DNA of 64,000 nucleotides from Patescibacteria group bacterium. Lineage in GTDB: Bacteria > Patescibacteriota > Patescibacteriia > Patescibacteriales > UBA12465. The stretch's first letter is position 1, and every line of letters starts with the position of its first letter. Location: positions 4,360 through 68,359 of the forward strand of contig JBAYKT010000007.1 in assembly GCA_041664445.1 (NCBI GenBank), given 5' to 3'. A program made the position numbers and the translations under genes. The notes below the pieces were generated by a model. The model did no database searches. It was not told the origin of the DNA and saw only the letters and a list, made by a program, of their open reading frames with translations. Positions 18,367 to 26,935 of this stretch are shown here, piece after piece.

Positions 18367-18405
18367 AAAAAAAAGTCCAGTTTCCGCGTTATACGAAAAC
18401 TGGAC
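18367..18405 (-). terminator. Rho-independent terminator after the 18413-18889 gene
   Basis: GTCCAGTTT (18375-18383) pairs with AAACTGGAC (18397-18405). An 8-nt T-run follows on the minus strand (plus-strand A-run 18367-18374). Confidence 0.7.
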
Positions 18406-18412
18406 AGCTATT

Positions 18413-18889
18413 TTATTTTTCAGTCTCTGAAACATGGCCGGAAAATATTAGCTCACCGAAAAGAATTGTGTCTTGACGATAGAGTTCTGCTTTCCAGCCA
18501 GCATTACGCGTTTTTAAAATTTGCGCGTGCCATATTCTGTCCGATCCGGCAGAAATTAAAACCGTATTGCAGGCTCCCTTGATTCTAAACTTGGTTTCTG
18601 AGTCTGTTTCATTCAAATTAAACAAACGCCAAATATCAGCTGGATCAAGTCCTTGGTCCAAATAAACACACCAATAGCTCAAACAGTTGCTGGTAATTTC
18701 CGCCTTAGCTCGGTAACAATCAACTTTTCTTTCCGGCAAATTAGTAATTAAACCTTCAAGAAACATGTTATTAAACAAGCGACTAGGAGTAATCCCAGCT
18801 TGATGAAAAGCGTCGGCGTAAGAAATAACGCCCACAAATTTCGGCAGCACTATCGTGCCGACGAATTCAATTTGTTCTGGATAATTCAT
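18413..18889 (-). CDS. Hypothetical protein
   Basis: 158-aa ORF, soluble, no motif recognised. Lies 3 nt downstream of the preceding membrane-protein gene. Confidence 0.5.
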   Translation of the reverse strand: MNYPEQIEFVGTIVLPKFVGVISYADAFHQAGITPSRLFNNMFLEGLITNLPERKVDCYRAKAEITSNCLSYWCVYLDQGLDPADIWRLFNLNETDSETKFRIKGACNTVLISAGSDRIWHAQILKTRNAGWKAELYRQDTILFGELIFSGHVSETEK

Positions 18890-18892
18890 GAT

Positions 18893-19309
18893 TTAGCCCT
18901 CTTTAATTACTCGTTTAGTTGATTTTGTTTCTTCTAAAACGTTCTGGGAATTTTCCATCCAAGATTTAAGCCAACGACGGTGATTAATCAAGCCAATAAA
19001 AAACACAACAACAAATATGGCAGCCTCAATAATAACAATAAGCGACGGCTGACCGGGAAACGCCGAATTAGCAGTCCAGAAAACTACGGCAACCACGACG
19101 GTTGGCGCTATCAGGCCAAAAATGGAAAAAATCCAAACATCTTCCACTAAATTAAAAGCGGAAAATAAGAAGCGCGGCGACATGGTCGCCAAACAGATTA
19201 GCAAATCTTCTTGCCTATGGCTACCGTTTTCTAAAAACACTACCACAGCAAAGAAAATTCCGAATACAAAAAGAATCCAGGAAAACATCCAAATCATTTT
19301 TTTAATCAT
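18893..19309 (-). CDS. Hypothetical membrane protein (4 TM)
   Basis: 138-aa ORF with four hydrophobic helices. Confidence 0.5.
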   Translation of the reverse strand: MIKKMIWMFSWILFVFGIFFAVVVFLENGSHRQEDLLICLATMSPRFLFSAFNLVEDVWIFSIFGLIAPTVVVAVVFWTANSAFPGQPSLIVIIEAAIFVVVFFIGLINHRRWLKSWMENSQNVLEETKSTKRVIKEG

Positions 19310-19569
19310 AGCAAACAGATTTTTTGGTTAATATTTAAAATTGTTAAATTACTTTTTTGGTTTCCAAATATGTTAGTATAAAAGTCGTTTTTAGTCAAAT
19401 TATTGCCTTATTTTAAAGCAAAAACAGGCTCTAACCCTCGCTGCCGAAGGCTTGCTTTTGCTTTATCTTTTTGCTAAAATAATAGTAGATAATTAATAAA
19501 CTTAGTCTAAATTAATTGGGCTAATCTAACTATAAAAACCCCCTATTAACCGGGAATTTTTGTTTTAAT

Positions 19570-21618
19570 ATGACAAAAGAAGATAACAAGAAACACAGTA
19601 ATTACGGTGCTGACCAAATTACCGTTTTGGAAGGTTTAGATCCAGTTCGAAAAAGACCGGGCATGTACATTGGCTCAACTTCTGCCGCCGGTTTGCACCA
19701 TTTAATTTGGGAAGTGGTTGATAATTGTATCGATGAAGCCATGGCCGGTTACGCCAATGAAATTTCGGTTTCCCTACTCCCGGACAGAATAGTCAGCGTC
19801 ACCGATAATGGCCGCGGCATTCCAGTTGAACAACATAAAGTAACCGGGGTCTCGGCCTTAGAAACAGTTTTAACCAAATTACATGCCGGCGGTAAATTTG
19901 GCGATGGCGGCTATAAAGTTTCCGGCGGTCTTCATGGCGTTGGTGTTTCCGTAGTTAACGCTCTAAGTGAATATTTAAAAGCGGAGATATATCGTGATGG
20001 TAAAGTCTGGGAACAGGAATATAAAATTGGTAAACCACTCAAGGCCATTAAATCTGTCGGCAAAACTGATAGAACCGGAACAACTATTACTTTCAAACCA
20101 GATGCCAGTATTTTTACAGAACTGGAATTTAGTTGGGGTAAAATTCTTGATCGCTTGCGCCAACAATCATATTTAACCAAAGCCATAACAATCAACGTCT
20201 TTGACAAACGCGAAGGACATCGAGCCAAAAGATATAAATTCCATTTTGAGGGCGGCATTAAATCTTATATCAAATCTTTACACCGCAACAAATCTGTGAA
20301 GAACGACACAATTTTTTATCTTGATAAAGATATAAATGGCTGCAAGGTAGAAGTTGCCCTGCAATACAATGACGAATATAACGAAACTGTTTTGACCTTC
20401 GCCAATAATATTCATAATCCTGAAGGCGGAACTCATTTAATCGGTTTTAAAACTGCTTTGACTAGAACTCTTAATAACTACGGCCGCAGCAAAAACCTGG
20501 TCAAAGAAAAACAAGAAAATCTGACCGGTGAAGATGTCCGCGAAGGCTTAACGGCAATTATTAGTGTTAAGCTCCCTGACCCGCAATTTGAAGGCCAAAC
20601 TAAAGGCAAGCTTGGAAACGCCGAAATGAAAGGTTATGTTGAACAATTGTTCGGCGAGGCTTTTAATACTTTTTTAGAAGAACATCCTAAAGAAGCGGAA
20701 GCGATAATCGGTAAATGTATTTTATCTTCTCAGGCCCGCTTAGCGGCTCGTTCCGCACGCGCTTCAATTTTAAGAAAAGGCGCCCTAGAAGGCATGACCT
20801 TGCCGGGAAAATTGGCTGATTGCTCCAGCCGTCATCCGGAAGAATGCGAACTTTATATCGTTGAGGGAGACTCTGCCGGCGGCAGCGCTAAACAAGGACG
20901 TAATCGCCGCTTTCAAGCGATTCTGCCTTTACGCGGTAAAATTTTAAATGTGGAAAGAGCGCGTCTTGATAAAATGCTCGCCAATAACGAAATCAAAAAT
21001 TTGGTTATTGCGATGGGAACTAACATTGATGAGCAATTTGATTTAGATAAATTAAGATACCACCGCATCATTATTATGACCGATGCCGATGTCGATGGTG
21101 CTCATATCAGAACTCTGCTCTTAACTTTATTTTTCCGCCACTTCACTCAACTCATCACCCAGGGACATGTTTATATCGCGCAACCGCCGCTCTATCAAGT
21201 TAAAAAAGGAACGGCCGTTCGTTATGCTTATAGCGACGTCGAGAAAGAAAAGGCAATTTTAGAATTTGGCGGCAGCGTTGAAGAAGCCGTGGAAATAGGC
21301 GAAGAAAATGACGAGGGCGAAGAAAATGAAATAGAAATGCCCGGCGAAGAAGAAAAAAATAAAAAGAAAAAGGACGATGAAGACAAAAAAAGAAATTCCC
21401 GCATTATTATCCAGCGCTATAAAGGTTTAGGTGAAATGAATCCAGAACAGCTTTGGGACACAACCATGGATCCGGATAAGCGCATCGTCAAACAAGTAAC
21501 CGTAGAAGACGCCGCGCAAGCCGATCAAATATTTGATATGCTGATGGGAGACAACGTGGCTCCGCGCAAAAACTTTATTCAAACCCACGCCAAAAAAGTT
21601 AAAAATCTTGATATCTAA
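19570..21618 (+). CDS. gyrB: DNA gyrase subunit B
   Basis: GHKL ATPase motifs (GLHHLIWEVVDNCIDE, DNGRGIP, GGLHGVG), Toprim motifs (ELYIVEGDSAGGSAK, IMTDADVDGAHI), and a C-terminal QRYKGLGEMNPEQLW. Confidence 0.95.
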   Translation: MTKEDNKKHSNYGADQITVLEGLDPVRKRPGMYIGSTSAAGLHHLIWEVVDNCIDEAMAGYANEISVSLLPDRIVSVTDNGRGIPVEQHKVTGVSALETVLTKLHAGGKFGDGGYKVSGGLHGVGVSVVNALSEYLKAEIYRDGKVWEQEYKIGKPLKAIKSVGKTDRTGTTITFKPDASIFTELEFSWGKILDRLRQQSYLTKAITINVFDKREGHRAKRYKFHFEGGIKSYIKSLHRNKSVKNDTIFYLDKDINGCKVEVALQYNDEYNETVLTFANNIHNPEGGTHLIGFKTALTRTLNNYGRSKNLVKEKQENLTGEDVREGLTAIISVKLPDPQFEGQTKGKLGNAEMKGYVEQLFGEAFNTFLEEHPKEAEAIIGKCILSSQARLAARSARASILRKGALEGMTLPGKLADCSSRHPEECELYIVEGDSAGGSAKQGRNRRFQAILPLRGKILNVERARLDKMLANNEIKNLVIAMGTNIDEQFDLDKLRYHRIIIMTDADVDGAHIRTLLLTLFFRHFTQLITQGHVYIAQPPLYQVKKGTAVRYAYSDVEKEKAILEFGGSVEEAVEIGEENDEGEENEIEMPGEEEKNKKKKDDEDKKRNSRIIIQRYKGLGEMNPEQLWDTTMDPDKRIVKQVTVEDAAQADQIFDMLMGDNVAPRKNFIQTHAKKVKNLDI

Positions 21619-21644
21619 AAACCTCTTACGAGGATTTAACATTT

Positions 21645-22076
21645 ATGTATATTTACATTCTGGCGCCGATTATCGCCTTTATAATCGCTCAGGGGACAAA
21701 AGTATTACTGCGCTCATTCAAAAGAAAAGTTACCTTGCACGATATTTTTGCTTATTCCGATATGCCCTCCGGACACACCTCGGTAGTAGTCGGGTTAACT
21801 TCCATTATCGGTTTTAAATTAGGGATTGCTTCCCCGATTTTCGCGGCTGCCTTTGTCTTTGCCACCATTGTTATCGTTGACGCTATCGGTTTACGTAATT
21901 ATTTAGGCCAGCACGGAAAAACGCTTAACGTTTTAGTTAAAGATTTAAAGGAGGATGATTTTTTGGACAACAGCTACCCCAAGCAGTTGGAAAAAATCGG
22001 CCACACGCCGTTACAGGTTTTAGTGGGCGGCACGATTGGCTTCTTAACCAGTTTTTTCGCTTGGTTATTATTTTAA
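21645..22076 (+). CDS. Divergent PAP2 family membrane protein (DUF212)
   Basis: 143 aa with TM helices. Family motifs SDMPSGHTS and DAIGLRNYLGQHGK. Confidence 0.75.
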   Translation: MYIYILAPIIAFIIAQGTKVLLRSFKRKVTLHDIFAYSDMPSGHTSVVVGLTSIIGFKLGIASPIFAAAFVFATIVIVDAIGLRNYLGQHGKTLNVLVKDLKEDDFLDNSYPKQLEKIGHTPLQVLVGGTIGFLTSFFAWLLF

Positions 22077-22101
22077 AATAAAAAAAATAATTATAAAAAA
22101 G

Positions 22102-22129
22102 CCGTTTCTGAAAAAGAAACGGTTTTTTT
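22102..22129. terminator. Bidirectional rho-independent terminator
   Basis: CCGTTTCT (22102-22109) pairs with AGAAACGG (22115-22122), loop GAAAA, T7 run downstream and A6 run upstream. Sits between convergent genes. Confidence 0.7.
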
Positions 22130-22152
22130 GTTAGTCGTCTCACTATTAGGTT

Positions 22153-22410
22153 TCAAGTAAACCAACCCTCGGTAAAACCAAGACCCAGTTTTTTTTCAAA
22201 TACGCAACCCCTATCTTTCATTTTTGGTTGCGAACGAATGAAATCCAATGGTTTGAAAAGATCAATTTGGTGGCCATTTTTGCCGTTATTCATAAACGAA
22301 CCAAGGCCGCCTCTCATAAAGATTTCAAAATCTACAATGGTCACGCCACCGCCGACCAGGATTCCTCCTTGAGGAATACCAAAGCCGATTTTTATATTTC
22401 TATTTTTCAT
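22153..22410 (-). CDS. Hypothetical Gly-rich small protein
   Basis: 85-aa ORF whose ATG overlaps the stop of the upstream iPGM-like gene by 11 nt, an operon-like arrangement. No motif recognised. Confidence 0.4.
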   Translation of the reverse strand: MKNRNIKIGFGIPQGGILVGGGVTIVDFEIFMRGGLGSFMNNGKNGHQIDLFKPLDFIRSQPKMKDRGCVFEKKLGLGFTEGWFT

Positions 22411-23302
22411 CTACTAAACTAATGCCAGACATGCCGGCGTCTTTTTCTATACCCATTAAATTTAAAATAGTCGGAGCAATATCTGATAAACTGCCGGCCG
22501 GAGCCAATAAACTCAAATCTCCGTTCGGAGCATCTTTAAAACCGATTGTTTTACCTTCAAAATCATGACCGATAATAATTAGAGGGACTGGATTGTCAGT
22601 AATGTTTTTATCAGGCAGGTCGGTCACCATATCCTTCAGGCGCTCGGCATTGCCGGCGCTAGAAGAGATAATTAATATGCCTTGATGGTCTAAAACTTCC
22701 GCGGCTAACGATTTAAGAGCTTTATCTAAAGCTTCGGCTGTTTTAACAGTTTCGGCAAAATCTCCACTAGCGGCCATAATATCTAAAGCTGAACAAGCGG
22801 CGACAATAAAATTATATTTTCTACTCTTAACAGCCTTCACTGATTCACGAAAAATTCTTTTTAAAGCCAGAAGAACATTAATCTCCTGTTTGTCGTCTTC
22901 CAGAGAAATAGAAAGCCAATCCTCGCCAATCAGACGTTCTTCGCGACGGCCATTAAAAAAACTGCTCAAAGCCGCCAAACGTTCACTATCAAAAATTTTC
23001 AATTGTTTTAAACCGGCATCGGAAATTATGGAACTTAAATCTTTGCCGACAGCCTGTGTTTCATCGCTAACGGCGAGTCCACTGCCTAAAATTAAATAAC
23101 GCGCATTAATATTAAGCGCGTTGGCTTCTAAAATAGCGGCCGGATATTCTTTAGCCATTTTAGAAAAATTAGGAATACGAGCGCTGCTAATAGCGTTGGC
23201 TTCATTTTTTTCAGCAATCCCCCAGCCATCAAGCAACAACAAAAAAACTAAATTGGATTTAGAACTTAAATCAGGATTGTCGGACGCTTCATTTTTTTCC
23301 AT
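22400..23302 (-). CDS. Truncated, degenerate cofactor-independent phosphoglycerate mutase (iPGM)-like protein
   Basis: LLLLDGWGIAEKNEANAIS..ARIPNF aligns to the iPGM N-terminus. GLKQLKIFDSERLAALSSFFNGRREE, NPVPLIIIG and DIAPTILNLMGI align to the iPGM C-terminal phosphatase half. At 300 aa it lacks the ~230-aa transferase insert of the ~510-aa canonical enzyme. Confidence 0.7.
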   Translation of the reverse strand: MEKNEASDNPDLSSKSNLVFLLLLDGWGIAEKNEANAISSARIPNFSKMAKEYPAAILEANALNINARYLILGSGLAVSDETQAVGKDLSSIISDAGLKQLKIFDSERLAALSSFFNGRREERLIGEDWLSISLEDDKQEINVLLALKRIFRESVKAVKSRKYNFIVAACSALDIMAASGDFAETVKTAEALDKALKSLAAEVLDHQGILIISSSAGNAERLKDMVTDLPDKNITDNPVPLIIIGHDFEGKTIGFKDAPNGDLSLLAPAGSLSDIAPTILNLMGIEKDAGMSGISLVDEK

Positions 23303-24554
23303 AATTTTCTAAAATATCAGCAATTTCCATTAAGCGATTATACTTTACTACCCGTTCTCCTCGAGATAAAGAACCGGCCTTAAGATAATCTGCCCCCAGA
23401 GCTACCGCTAAATCCACCAGGAAATCATCAGTAGTTTCCCCGCTGCGCTGAGAGACAATAATTTTAAAATTATGCTTATTGGCCAATTTTACACAATCCA
23501 CAGCCTCCGTCAAGGTGCCAACTTGATTTGGCTCAATAATAATGGAATTAGCAGCCTTTTCTTGAATGCCAAGACGCAAACGATCAATGTTAGTGGTAAA
23601 TAAGCTGTCGCCGGCAATCATTAACTTGTCTCCCATTTCGGAAGTTAAATTGCGCCAATTCTCCCAATCATTTTCAGCTAGCGGATCTTCTAAATAAATA
23701 ATCGGATATTTTCTTAACCAAGAATCATATAAACCGACAAGATTGGCGGCGCTAAAATAAGTTTTATCCAAGGGAAAAATATAACGCTTAGTTGTTTCTT
23801 CAAATAAAATATTGGAACCAATATCAATCCCTATCCACATATCTTTACCAGGGTTATAGCCAGCACGAATCGCAGCCGCTAACATAAATTCTATCGCTTC
23901 AATGCTAGAATCTAAATTAGGCGCATACCCGCCCTCAGAACCAGTGTCAGTATCATAACCGGCGGCCTGTAGTTCTTCTTTAAGGGCATAAAAAATCTCC
24001 GCGCCCTCGCGAATCATTTCCGCAGCGGTATTTTTTTTCGGAATAAGTAAGAATTCTTGAAAATCCAAATTAGTATCAGCATGAGTTGCGCCATTAAAAA
24101 TATTAAAAAACGGCACGGGAATCTTCGGCGCCGCTAAGGAGTAGGTTTCTTGTAAGTAGGAAAACAATTCTTGCTTCTGACTCAAGGCGCCAGCGCGGGC
24201 GCAAACCAAAGAAACGGCCAGAGTAGAATTGGCTCCCAAATGGCTCTTATCATTAGTGCCATCAAGTTCAATTAACTTTTTATCAATGGCTTCTTGTTTT
24301 AAAATATCAAATCCAATAAGCGCCGGGGCGATAATTTCCTTTATTTTAGTAAGCGCCTGCAAAACACCGCGGCCCTGATAACGTTTTTTATCGCCATCAC
24401 GCAACTCAAAGGCTTCATAAGTTCCGAGCGCCAAACCTCCAGGAACACTGGCCTTAGCCTGCAAGCCATTATCCAGCAGGATGCTAGCTTCAATCGTCGG
24501 CCAGCCGCGAGAATCTAAAATTTCTCTAGCACTTAAATTTTTTATTTTTGGCAT
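23289..24554 (-). CDS. eno: Enolase homologue (non-canonical active site)
   Basis: Full-length similarity to enolase: REILDSRGWPT, ELRDGD, QEF, SEGGYAPN, LEDPLAENDW, NQVGTLTE, RSGETTD, KYNRLMEI. Several catalytic positions are substituted (see findings). Confidence 0.85.
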   Translation of the reverse strand: MPKIKNLSAREILDSRGWPTIEASILLDNGLQAKASVPGGLALGTYEAFELRDGDKKRYQGRGVLQALTKIKEIIAPALIGFDILKQEAIDKKLIELDGTNDKSHLGANSTLAVSLVCARAGALSQKQELFSYLQETYSLAAPKIPVPFFNIFNGATHADTNLDFQEFLLIPKKNTAAEMIREGAEIFYALKEELQAAGYDTDTGSEGGYAPNLDSSIEAIEFMLAAAIRAGYNPGKDMWIGIDIGSNILFEETTKRYIFPLDKTYFSAANLVGLYDSWLRKYPIIYLEDPLAENDWENWRNLTSEMGDKLMIAGDSLFTTNIDRLRLGIQEKAANSIIIEPNQVGTLTEAVDCVKLANKHNFKIIVSQRSGETTDDFLVDLAVALGADYLKAGSLSRGERVVKYNRLMEIADILENYGKK

Positions 24555-24564
24555 AAAGAAAAAA

Positions 24565-25740
24565 TTAAACTACAATTTTTTTAAGTCCCGGCATTGGCGC
24601 TCCACCCAAATAGGAAAGCATGGCGCCACCGGCCGTTGAAACCCAATCGACATATTCCATCATCCCCGTCATCTTCAAAGCAGACACTGTTTCACCGCCG
24701 CCAGTAACGCCATAAGCGCGACCTCGAGAACGAGCGGCAATTATCATAGCTAAAGAAATGGTGCCATTTTTAAAATGGGGGTCTTCAAATTTACCCATCG
24801 GACCATTCCAAATAATAGTATTGGCTTCTTTGATATATTCGGCGTATAGACTGACGGTTTCTGGCCCAATATCAAAAATGCAATCGGTTTTGGTAACAGC
24901 ATCAGCCTTCTTGGATAATATTTTTCCATTTTTAGTTTTAACAACCACATCTAAAGGTAAAATAATTTTTTTATCGCGAGCCTTGCCGTTTAATAATTTC
25001 TTAACGACCAGCATTGAACCGGCATCAAATAATGATTTTCCAATTTCTAATTTTTTAAACTTTAAAAAATTATTAGCTAGACCGCCACCCAAAAGAATAT
25101 GGCTCGCCTGCGGATAAAGCTTGGCGATTAAAGCCGCTTTGGTTTCTATCTTAGCGCCGCCCATCATTACTACCAGAGGTTTTTTGGGAACTAATATTTT
25201 ATGCAAAGCTTTAAGTTCTTGTTCTAATAAAATTCCGGCATAAGCAGGCAGATAATCTTTGATAGCCGCAACCGAAGTCTGGGCGCGATGGGAAACAGCG
25301 AAAGCATCATTAACATAAATATCCGCTAAAGTGGCCAACTGTTTCGCAAAAGCCTTATCATTTTTAGTTTCTCCTGGATTAAATCTAACATTTTCTAAAA
25401 ATAATATTTCCCCGGCCTTCATTTCATTAACAGCCGCTTCAACCTTGGGCCCGACAATGGCGGGCACAAATTTAACCTTTAAATCCGCTATTTTGGCTAG
25501 ACGCGCCGCTAAAGGCGCGGTTGATAAAGATTTAAGAGTTTTACCGTTTGGCTCTCCCAAGTGCGTAATGATTATCAGCTTAGCGCCTTGAGACGATAAA
25601 TATTTTATTGTTTCCAAGCCAGCGCTTATTTTATAATCGTCTTTAATTTTTCCCTTTTCTAGTGGGACATTAAAATCAACCCGTACTAAAAATTTCTGAT
25701 TACTAATTTTTTTTAAACGGCTAATAGAATTAATTTTCAT
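24565..25740 (-). CDS. pgk: Phosphoglycerate kinase
   Basis: RVDFNVPL, LENVRFNPGE, DAFAVSHRA, GGAKIETK, WNGPMGKFE, GGGETVSA, STAGGAML. Confidence 0.9.
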   Translation of the reverse strand: MKINSISRLKKISNQKFLVRVDFNVPLEKGKIKDDYKISAGLETIKYLSSQGAKLIIITHLGEPNGKTLKSLSTAPLAARLAKIADLKVKFVPAIVGPKVEAAVNEMKAGEILFLENVRFNPGETKNDKAFAKQLATLADIYVNDAFAVSHRAQTSVAAIKDYLPAYAGILLEQELKALHKILVPKKPLVVMMGGAKIETKAALIAKLYPQASHILLGGGLANNFLKFKKLEIGKSLFDAGSMLVVKKLLNGKARDKKIILPLDVVVKTKNGKILSKKADAVTKTDCIFDIGPETVSLYAEYIKEANTIIWNGPMGKFEDPHFKNGTISLAMIIAARSRGRAYGVTGGGETVSALKMTGMMEYVDWVSTAGGAMLSYLGGAPMPGLKKIVV

Positions 25741-25752
25741 ATTAAATAAAAT

Positions 25753-26910
25753 TTATTTTTCTTCTCCTAACTTGAGGGTTACCTCTTTTTCGACACCGTC
25801 TCTAATATAAGTTAATGTAATATTGTCTCCAGGATTAAAAGAAGCGACAATATCAGCTAAATCATTATTGGCGTCCAGCGCCTGATTATTAACCCAGCTA
25901 ATAACATCCCCCTCTTGCAAGCCGGCGCTAGCGGCCGGACTGTTTTTAACAACGGCCGGCAAGGCCTCTGAACTATGGAGCCAGGCGCCCTTCTCTAAAT
26001 TTAAGCTTAAAGATTTGGTAGTGCTTAAATCTAAATAATTGACTCCCAATAAAGGCTGGGAAGCGGACCCGGTTTTAAAGAAACTCTGCCAATAAGAATT
26101 ATAGGAAAAAGCGGGAACGATTTCTTTGTCTTCACCAATAATCGCCACCAAATCTCCGGCTAAATTAAAGACAAAAGAATTTTTAAATTGATCTTCCGGT
26201 GTTCCGGCTAACGTGAATCTAGTGTTTAAGGAATCGCTGCTAAGTACGGTCGGCGTTTTTTTAAACGAAGAAAGCGATGTTAACAGCACATTGCTAAAAT
26301 CGTTAATCGCTAAAACAGACTGCCCCAAAGAAACATCGGTGCGCGCAACAATTTTTTTAACCGTTAAATTATTGGCGGCTTCCAAATGAAAGAAAATTAA
26401 ATCGCCCGGTAAGTTATCGAAATCCGAAATTTTATCTATTTTATAAACTTTGCGGTCACTGGTAATAGCCACAAAGTTTTTAACATTAAAGTTTTTCTTA
26501 AAATCTGCCGGCGCGGAAATAGCTATCCAGCCGTCAGCGGTAACTGCTAAGCCGACCAGCAGCGGTTCATCCAATTTATAATATTGCGTGGAGGTAGATT
26601 TTTCATTAGTCGTGAGTGTCTTGAAAACACCGACTAAAGACGGCCGCAACGAGCCGATAGTCTCGCCAACCTTAACATCTTGATTAACTACCACTTTTTT
26701 AGCGTCTTGAATGATTAAATTGGAACGGTTGTTGTTTAGGCTGGCTAAATTAACTTCGTTGTTAAAATAAGGAACGGAAAAATCTTTCAAAAAATAAACT
26801 CGGGTCACAATTTCTCCGGCCGCGCCGGCGATTAGTCCCAAAAAAATCGCTAAAATAATTACCGGCAACAGTCGATGCTTGTTATCTTTTGTAGTAACTG
26901 GGGTGTTCAT
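25753..26910 (-). CDS. Membrane-anchored HtrA-like protein with C-terminal PDZ domain (protease triad apparently degenerate)
   Basis: N-terminal TM helix (LLPVIILAIFLGLIAGAAG), a trypsin-fold-like middle region, and a PDZ domain (AGLQEGDVISWVNNQAL...GDNITLTYIRDGVEKEVTLKLG). No GNSGGP or TNxHV motifs are visible. Confidence 0.6.
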   Translation of the reverse strand: MNTPVTTKDNKHRLLPVIILAIFLGLIAGAAGEIVTRVYFLKDFSVPYFNNEVNLASLNNNRSNLIIQDAKKVVVNQDVKVGETIGSLRPSLVGVFKTLTTNEKSTSTQYYKLDEPLLVGLAVTADGWIAISAPADFKKNFNVKNFVAITSDRKVYKIDKISDFDNLPGDLIFFHLEAANNLTVKKIVARTDVSLGQSVLAINDFSNVLLTSLSSFKKTPTVLSSDSLNTRFTLAGTPEDQFKNSFVFNLAGDLVAIIGEDKEIVPAFSYNSYWQSFFKTGSASQPLLGVNYLDLSTTKSLSLNLEKGAWLHSSEALPAVVKNSPAASAGLQEGDVISWVNNQALDANNDLADIVASFNPGDNITLTYIRDGVEKEVTLKLGEEK

Positions 26911-26935
26911 AATAAAAATGTTATTTGTTCTAAAA

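Noticed and set aside
19413-19462. Hairpin (GCAAAA…GCC-GAA-GGC…TTTTGC) in the divergent region upstream of gyrB, and a search for DnaA boxes
   Set aside because: The stem is short and imperfect, and there is no TTATCCACA-like box cluster nearby. The evidence is insufficient for an origin or a riboregulator.
21427-21817. Small ORFs overlapping the gyrB 3' end and the PAP2-like gene start (21427-21642 minus, 21608-21817 plus)
   Set aside because: They overlap well-supported genes in other frames or strands. The plus-strand one is out of frame with the convincing PAP2-family ORF that starts at 21645.
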